From the human T2T-CHM13v2.0 reference genome, Homo sapiens: DNA of 64,000 nt. Position numbers and translations under genes: made by a program. Below are positions 54,543-64,000 of the stretch, one piece after another (position 1 is the first letter of the stretch; each line of letters starts with the position of its first letter). The notes under the pieces were generated by a model. That model did not search any database. It saw only the letters and a program-made list of their open reading frames with translations, and was not told where the DNA came from. Where the stretch lies: the NCBI RefSeq assembly GCF_009914755.1, contig NC_060941.1; one strand, 5' to 3'.

Positions 54543-55085
54543 GGGCTCAAAAGATGACACGCGCCAGAGCTGGAAGGCGTCGCCAATTGGTCCACTTTTC
54601 CCTCCTCCCTTTTTGCGGATGAGAAAACTGAGGCCCAGGTTTGGGATTTCCAGAGCCCGGGATTTCCCGGCAACGCCCGACAACCACATTCCCCCGGCTA
54701 TTCTGACCCGCCCCGGTTCCGGGACGCTCCCTGGGAGCCGCCGCCGAGGGCCTGCTGGGACTCCCGGGGGACCCCGCCGTCGGGGCAGCCCCCACGCCCG
54801 GCGCCGCCCGCCGGGAACGGCCGCCGCTGTTGCGCACTTGCAGGGGAGCCGGCGACTGAGGGCGAGGCAGGGAGGGAGCAAGCGGGGCTGGGAGGGCTGC
54901 TGGCGCGGGCTCGCGCGCTGTGTATGGTCTATCGCAGGCAGCTGACCTTTGAGGAGGAAATCGCTGCTCTCCGCTCCTTCCTGTAGTAACAGCCGCCGCT
55001 GCCGCCGCCGCCAGGAACCCCGGCCGGGAGCGAGAGCCGCGGGGCGCAGAGCCGGCCCGGCTGCCGGACGGTGCGGCCCCACCAG
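54543..55085 (+). other. STAT5A: STAT5A non-coding leader exon (shorter transcripts probably start internally near 54.9 kb)
   Basis: Acceptor AG at 54541-54542 and donor CCAG|GTGGGT at 55085. Lies in the CpG island upstream of the ATG exon. Confidence 0.75.
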
Positions 55086-56050
55086 GTGGGTGACCCGGTG
55101 GCGCGTCCTCGGCGGCGCGCCGAGAGGGGACACTCTACTGCCGCCCCGGCACCTCCGGCACCCGGAGCTCGACGGCCGGGCGCAGCGCGGGGATCAGTCC
55201 CCGGCACTGCGAGGGAGTTGGCCCAGCGCAGACGAGGGACGGGGGGACGTGGGGACAGGGGTCGGGGATGAAAGGCAGAGGCCAGGGAGGGCGCCGTCCT
55301 GGCACGCCTCGGAGAGGGAGCACCTGTCGGGCTGGACCCGGGGAGGCACTAGTGCACAGATGGGGGAGCAGCCGAAGAGGGGAGCGCCCAAGTCCTCAGC
55401 CCTGTCTCCTGAACAGCCCCAGCCACGTGCCCGAAAAGCCCTAGCCGTCGAGTGGGAGCCGTCGTGGCGCTGGCCTAACTTCGGGTTGGAATATCTCCCC
55501 TTCCCAGAAACCGGGCCCGAGGTGGGCTGGGGGATCCTTGCAGCCCTCTCCAGGGGGCCTGTGGGCCTCCCGCCGTCAAGTTTCTCTTTCAGTTTCTGGC
55601 CGTCCCCCTCACTAGGGAAGCTCCGGTGGGGCGAGGGGAGAGGAAGACGGGGAGGGCACCTGCCTCTGCAGAGCACCTTCCCCTCCCCTTCAGCGGGTTC
55701 CTTGTTGGAGGGGATGGGCGGCCCTCCACTCCTCACCATCTCTGTTCCCGCACAGGAAAGCTATCTGTGGGAGGGGAGGGGCCTGGCCTGGCCGCGGTCC
55801 AGGGATAGGTAGGCATGGCAAGGCCAGGGGCAGGCCCGGTTCCTTGGCCTCTGCAGAGGAGAGCGCTTCAGCGCTCGGCTCGCCCTAGGTGAACGGCCAT
55901 GGCGGGCTGGATCCAGGCCCAGCAGCTGCAGGGAGACGCGCTGCGCCAGATGCAGGTGCTGTACGGCCAGCACTTCCCCATCGAGGTCCGGCACTACTTG
56001 GCCCAGTGGATTGAGAGCCAGCCATGGTAGGCACGTCCCGCCCTGCCCCT
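54640..56050. promoter_or_regulatory. STAT5A: CpG island / STAT5A promoter
   Basis: High CpG/GC content, GC boxes, kB-like and GAS-like motifs. Confidence 0.88.
55899..56026 (+). CDS. STAT5A: STAT5A coding exon 1 (aa 1-43, [43 protein letters not shown]); exon starts 55889
   Basis: Acceptor CCCTAG|GTGAAC, Kozak GCCATGG, donor CCATG|GTAGGC. The MAGWIQ N-terminus is diagnostic of STAT5A (STAT5B begins MAVWIQ). Confidence 0.98.
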
Positions 56051-56352
56051 CCTCAGAGGGTCCCTACCATCCAGGCCCTTTGGCCTCTAGTTTTACTCAT
56101 GGTGGTTTGGTGTGACTCTGGTCCTGCCTGTCCTTCTTTGTGCGGAAGGGGTGGTGCCCCTGGGAAAGGGGAAGCCTGGGAGGACAGAGAATGTTTTTAG
56201 ACTCGGATGTCTGTGGAGCTGCTGGGAACAAGTCTTGTGGGCCCTGGAGTGCCCTCGGTCATGAGCCTGGGGTTTCCACTTTATTCCAGCTCCCTGACCT
56301 CCTTGCCCAAGGAGGTGCCACAGTAGGTTTTTCTCTTCTGCCCTGCCCCAAG

Positions 56353-56509
56353 GGATGCCATTGACTTGGACAATCCCCAGGACAGAGCCCAAGCCACCCA
56401 GCTCCTGGAGGGCCTGGTGCAGGAGCTGCAGAAGAAGGCGGAGCACCAGGTGGGGGAAGATGGGTTTTTACTGAAGATCAAGCTGGGGCACTACGCCACG
56501 CAGCTCCAG
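56353..56509 (+). CDS. STAT5A: STAT5A coding exon 2 ([52 protein letters not shown])
   Basis: AAG|G acceptor and CAG|GTGGGT donor. 157 nt keeps frame (cumulative 285 nt). STAT N-terminal domain. Confidence 0.98.
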
Positions 56510-57344
56510 GTGGGTGTAGGCTCTGGGCCACCTACGGGGAGGAAGCATCATCTTGTTCCAGCATCAGAACCCCTGGGTTTTTTCCTGGCCTGGCCACTGA
56601 CTCACCATGTGACCACGAACTTATTGGGAACTTTTCTTCGATTTCCCCCACCCCCTCTTTCTAAATTCGACCTGTCGGATTTCTTTAGCATATTGCAAAG
56701 CAAGGGTGGGAGGTGTTTGTTGCCAACAGAGAGAGATGGGTGAACTGGCCTTATGGAAGCAGCAGAAGGGATGGAGGGAGACTGAGTCAGGATTCCTATG
56801 TTGGAGAAGGGAAGACCAGCAGACTCTAGAAATGAGGCCACCAGACCTCCCTCTTGGGGTCTTTTAAAGGTGAGAGAGGAGCCATCCCAGAGACAAGAGC
56901 TGGACACAAGGGCTTTGAATTGAGGGTTTAGAAATAAGATGTAGCTTCTTTACTTGAGGGGAGTGGGTATGGAGGAAGAGAGGGAGTTTTTGTGGAAGCA
57001 GGAAAGGGGTGTGGGTAGTGATGACAGTCAAGCACTTATTGGAACTCACGTATGTTTCCTAGAGAGCCCTTCAATACAGACAGCAGGGTGCCAGGGAAAT
57101 ACAAGTCCATCCCAGAAGAGGGGGAAAACAGGAGAAGCCTGAGGGGAAGCAATATAGGAGGCCAGGGGCAGGATGGTGGGAAGTACCTTGACCTTGGCAT
57201 CAGATGCCCTGAGTCTGGAGTCATCTGCTCTCTCACTTGGTTGCGTCTGGACGAGTACATAATGTCTGAGCATCAGTTTTCTCATCTGTGAAATGGGGAT
57301 CATAGTTTCTGCTTATGTCCTAGAGTTTCCATGCTGTTAGTGCC

Positions 57345-57880
57345 TTGATCCCCCACCACTTTTTGGCACCAGGGACCGGTTTCATGGAAGACAATTTTTC
57401 CATGGACCGGGATTGGGCAGGGAGGTGGTTTCTGGATGATTCAAGAGCATCACGTTTATTGTGCACTTTATTTCTATTGTTATTACATTGTGCTATGCAA
57501 TGAAATAATTATAGAACTCACCACAATGTAGGATCAGTGGGAGCCCTGAGCTTGTTTTCCTGCAACTAGACAGTCCCATCTGGGGGTGATGGGAGACAGT
57601 GACAGATCACCAGGCATTAGATTCTCTTAAGAAGTGCATAACCTAGATCCCTCGCATGTGCAGTTCACAATAGGGTTAGCATTCCTATGGGAATCCAGTG
57701 CCATTGCTGATCTGACAGGAAGCAGAGTTCAGGCTGTAATGCGAGCAATAGGCAGCAGCTGTAAATACAGATGAAGCGTCACTCACTTGCTCACCGCCGC
57801 TCACCTCCTGCTGTGTGGTCCAGTTCCTAACAGACCACCGACCTGTACCAGTCCATGGCCCAGGGGTTTGGGACCCCTGT
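57345..57880 (+). mobile_element. MER1A (hAT-Charlie) element
   Basis: Starts CCCC...CTTTTTGGCACCAGGGACCGGTTTCATGGAAGACAATTTTTCC and ends GGGGTTTGGGACCCCTG; about 530 bp. Confidence 0.85.
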
Positions 57881-57921
57881 GTTACAGTCAAAAGATACGG
57901 TAGATTGGAAGTGCTTCATAA

Positions 57922-58223
57922 GACTGGGTATGATGGCTCACACCTGTAATCACAGCACTTTGGGAGGCCGAGGCGGGTGGATCACCTGAGGTCGGGAGTT
58001 CGAGACCAGCCTGACCAACGTGGAGAAACCCCGCCTCTACTAAAAATACAAAATTAGCCGAGCGTGATGGCACATGCCTGTAATCCCAACTACTCAGGAG
58101 GCTGAGGAAGGAGAATCGCTTGAACCCGGGAGGTGGAGGTTGCAGTGAGCTGAGATCACACCATTGCACCTTTAGCCTAGGCAACAAGAGCAAAACTCCA
58201 TCTCAAAAAGAAAAAAAAAAAAA
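57922..58223 (+). mobile_element. Alu (AluSp-like)
   Basis: Full dimer; TSD AAGTGC(T/C)TCATAA. Confidence 0.95.
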
Positions 58224-58458
58224 AGAGAAAGTGCCTCATAAACTGTGGGTTTTTAATTCGCTCCAAACCAGATATGAAGATCTTGGAGGGGAAGATGAGG
58301 ATGAGGAACAGAGATATAGAGGTGTCTGGGGATAGTTCCTGAGGCTCCCTGGGAAAAGCTGAGGCAGAGGCTGAAGGAGAGGAAGGGCTGGGCATAGCAT
58401 GGGGCTGGCATGGCTGGAGCAGAGGATGGCGCTGGAGGCTACTGTTGGATTCTTTCAG

Positions 58459-58548
58459 AAAACATATGACCGCTGCCCCCTGGAGCTGGTCCGCTGCATC
58501 CGGCACATTCTGTACAATGAACAGAGGCTGGTCCGAGAAGCCAACAAT
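58459..58548 (+). CDS. STAT5A: STAT5A coding exon 3 ([30 protein letters not shown])
   Basis: TTTCAG|AAA acceptor and AAT|GTGAGT donor; 90 nt, phase 0-0. Confidence 0.98.
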
Positions 58549-58753
58549 GTGAGTGTCCCTTGGGGATGGGGAGGAGTGTTGAGAAGTCCCTCCATATGCC
58601 TTTCTCTCCAGAAACAACTGTGTTTATATAAAACAGCAGCACGAGGAGAGCACCAAGAAGATGAGGGACGTGGGCAAGTGTAAGAGGTGGCAGCATTGCA
58701 CGCCGGGGTGGAGTGACCCCCTGGATCCAGTCCCTGGCTCTACCACTTACTAG

Positions 58754-59414
<661 letters not shown>

Positions 59415-59623
59415 TGTTCCTACTCTTGTAAAATGGAGATAGCAATCATACCTATCTGTGTCAGAAGAACTAACACAGGCAGGCTCAGAGAAGTGAGGCC
59501 CAGGGAGGGGTAACAGGGACACATCTCCCCAGTTCTGAAATAATAAAGGCACTGGGCATCTACATGGACAATGGCACAGTGCTGTACTATCTGCAATAGA
59601 GCAAAATGAATTTCACAACATGA

Positions 59624-60037
<414 letters not shown>

Positions 60038-60175
60038 TAGACATTTATTGAGGTCTTACTGTGTGTCCGATGCTGGGCTATCATCAGAGAAACACATAAA
60101 GGCCTGGTTCTTGCCTGGAAGGAATTCTGGCAGTGATGGATTCTCTAGAGATGAGCTGAGTGCTAAGGGGGCCTA

Positions 60176-60715
<540 letters not shown>

Positions 60716-61322
60716 TAGGGGTTAGAAACCAGGTCACAAAGGGTCTTCCAGCACAGCCCCTGTGTCCCTGACTTGTTGCCATCACAGAGCTATCTGCAAA
60801 CCTAAAAATGACTTCAGCCTCATTGACAAATCCATGTCCATGGTGCTGGTGCTGTCATGGTCTGGGAGCTCATTCCTTCCTCCAACCATACAACTGTTCC
60901 TGAACACCCCTGGCATTCTAGGGCTTGGGGATTCTGTAGTTCACAGGAAAGGCAAGGTCCTAGCCCTTGGGAACCTCACATCCTTGTGCAGGGAGACAGA
61001 CAGAAACATGTAAGCAAATACAAGAACAACACACTTTTAGATAGGACTACTGTGAATTGGCTCGTCAGAGATGACCCCTCTGCAATGGTACCAGTTAAAG
61101 TGCTTTGCCTCAGGAGGATCTGATGCCAGAATGTTCCAGACTGTTGGAACAATAAGTGCAAGGGCCCCAGGGCAGGAACATGCCTGTGTGTTCAAGGAAC
61201 AGAAACAGAAAGCACACATTCCCAGCGAGCTGGGGTTGGAGGTAGGCAGGGCTATGGCCAGCAGACACCATGGGAAGGGGTTTGGATTTTATTCTGAGAA
61301 CAGTTCATTGGAAAGCCTCTGA

Positions 61323-61550
<228 letters not shown>

Positions 61551-62045
61551 TAACTTCATTTCGGGGTCTCCAGGATGCCTGTGAGAGTTTCGGCCTCTTC
61601 CCTCTTCCTTCAGTCACAAGGGGGTCTTAAGTGAGATGGTGTGTGTTCACACAGCCCTGTTCCTCCCTATGTCCCTAGGATCTACTGCAGTCCATGGTAT
61701 TGAGTCAGCAAATAAATGTAGAGCGAGGGGTCATCATCATTAGTGGGAAAACCCAGGTGACACCTGGGACGTGTTGAGTTCTAGTCCCTGGGAGGAAATT
61801 AGATGGACCCTGTTTGGAATACTCTAGTGGAGGGCAGCTCTGACATAGATATTTGGACTTTGAAGGTGTTACTATCTGCCGTTATCTGCCAGGTCACCTG
61901 TTTCTCCTTTCTCTTTCCCTTTTCTATCCCAATTCTGGCAAATGACTCCTTCTGATGCAAATGATCCTTCCTTCTTGCCCTAGTTTCCCTTCTTACCCTA
62001 GTTTGGGGTTTGGGGTTTGGGGTCTGTAGTATTGGTGTTTCCTAA

Positions 62046-62321
<276 letters not shown>

Positions 62322-62449
62322 TGAGGAACATTCTATGGACTCCTAGAGGGTAGAGCTGGGTCAGTGTCCATCTCCTCAGCACTTTGCCCAAAGCCTGGTA
62401 GAAGCAATGGCTCCCGGTGATTGAGCCCCTGCCGTGGGTCACACTTGGC

Positions 62450-62630
62450 ACACATTATTTAATTCAACCCTCTCAACAAGCCTATGAAGTGAACAGTTGT
62501 GTTATCCCCCCTTTTGCAGATGGTAAAAGTGAGGTTCAAAGAGAACAAGTAACTTGGCCTAGGTTGCCTGTAAATTACAGAACTGGATCTCAACTAGAGA
62601 TATATCATAAAACTCCTGTACTTTATTAAC
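62450..62630 (-). mobile_element. MIR
   Basis: TTTTGCAGATGGTAAAAGTGAGG...AAGTAACTTGGCCTAGGT. Confidence 0.7.
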
Positions 62631-63104
62631 CAGTATTCTCTCCTTAATGGTATGTATTCTGTAAATATCGACACAAATAGGTAAATATGAACAGTGCTCC
62701 CTAACCAGAGGGAGGACTTGGATTGGAAGTCTTCTGGTTGAACCAGGCTGGGAGAGGTGGAACTTCCAAAGTGGGCCTTCTTGAGCCTCACGGATAGGAT
62801 GTGGGCCTGGGGGAAGGGGTGACAGTAGAAAATTCTCCTGTATCCTAGGTCTGTAGTTCGCCAATGGCTCCCATGATAAAGATGTGGGGAAATTAAAAAA
62901 TCAAATTAGCTTGAAAGGAACTATCCCCAGGTACAATTTGAGGAGTCATGGGACATGGCCCATCTATTAATATGTCCCATTCCAGACTGACCCCAGAAAT
63001 GTAACACCTCATCTTAGTGAGAACAAGGGGTGTCAAACTGCTTTTTCCTTTACTCTTTTTAATCTGATTTCTTAAGGTAGACCTTAGGTCATTGATTTTA
63101 GACC

Positions 63105-63298
63105 TTTCTTCTTTTCTTTTCTTTCTTTTTCTTTTCTTTTTTTTGAGACAATCTTGCTCTGTCGCCCAGGCTGGAGCACAGTGGCATGATTTCGGCTCAC
63201 TGCAGCCTCTGCTTCCCAGCTTCAAGAAATTCTTGTGCCTCAGTCTCCCGCATAGCTGGGACTACAGGTGCAGGCCACCACGCCCAGCTGATTTTTTT
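63105..63298 (-). mobile_element. Alu right monomer within an L1M-like remnant
   Basis: Antisense monomer; flanking TTAGGTCATTGATTTTAGACCTTTCTTC is L1-like. Confidence 0.8.
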
Positions 63299-63321
63299 AG
63301 AATTCTATTGTAGCTATTTAA

Positions 63322-63736
<415 letters not shown>

Positions 63737-64000
63737 TAATTCTAAGAGAATTTCCCCTCATCTGAATCTATCCCAGACTGGCCCTAGAAGAAGGGCAGCT
63801 CCTTCTGAGAATGGAAACGGAAGATTTTGGGCGGTTATTCCTACCCAAGTCCTTAGACTGTCGACAGTATTTCTGATCCCGTGCCTGGCTTTTCTGTTTC
63901 CTGTGCATGGTGGCGGATTAGGTTTGGATTCAGGTTGGGTTTGGATCTATCATGCAGTGTCTTCTCAGTCCCATTTGTCAAGTTCACTCAGCAGAAACAC

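Noticed and set aside
54949-55812. 287-aa plus-strand ORF over the STAT5A leader/intron
   Set aside because: Non-ATG start, crosses the 55085 donor, Arg/Gly/Pro-rich as expected from stop-poor CpG-island DNA, and has no recognisable domain.

Overview
This is primate (very likely human, chr17q21) genomic DNA spanning the head-to-head 5' ends of STAT5B (minus strand) and STAT5A (plus strand). Bases 1 to ~42,734 are the AT-rich, Alu-dense first intron of STAT5B. Its non-coding exon 1 lies in a CpG island at ~42.4-43.5 kb, and its ATG exon is off the left edge. After an ~11 kb spacer come the STAT5A non-coding leader exons, a CpG island and the first four coding exons (aa 1-183: N-terminal domain and start of the coiled-coil). 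The rest is mostly transposon remains: about 60 Alu/FLAM pieces, L1PA/L1M, L2, MIR, Tigger3, MER44, Charlie1, MER1A and a truncated SVA. Most ORF-track entries are Alu-derived or GC-rich artefacts. The main finding is a ~70-bp, ~85% identical paralog of the STAT5A promoter/leader core deep in STAT5B intron 1 (15.2-15.3 kb). It is in STAT5B sense orientation, keeps the same TF motifs, has a similarly placed AG|GTGGG donor, and keeps a co-linear short ORF with an aligned stop. It is a candidate duplicated ancestral STAT5 promoter/first exon/uORF module. Other notable items are a tailless retrocopy of a tRNA-Glu(CTC) 5' half, an SVA with an apparent 3' transduction nested in an Alu, an Alu flanked by a ~145-bp direct duplication, and a templated inverted duplication in a STAT5A intron. 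Repeat boundaries and subfamilies were read by eye and are approximate.
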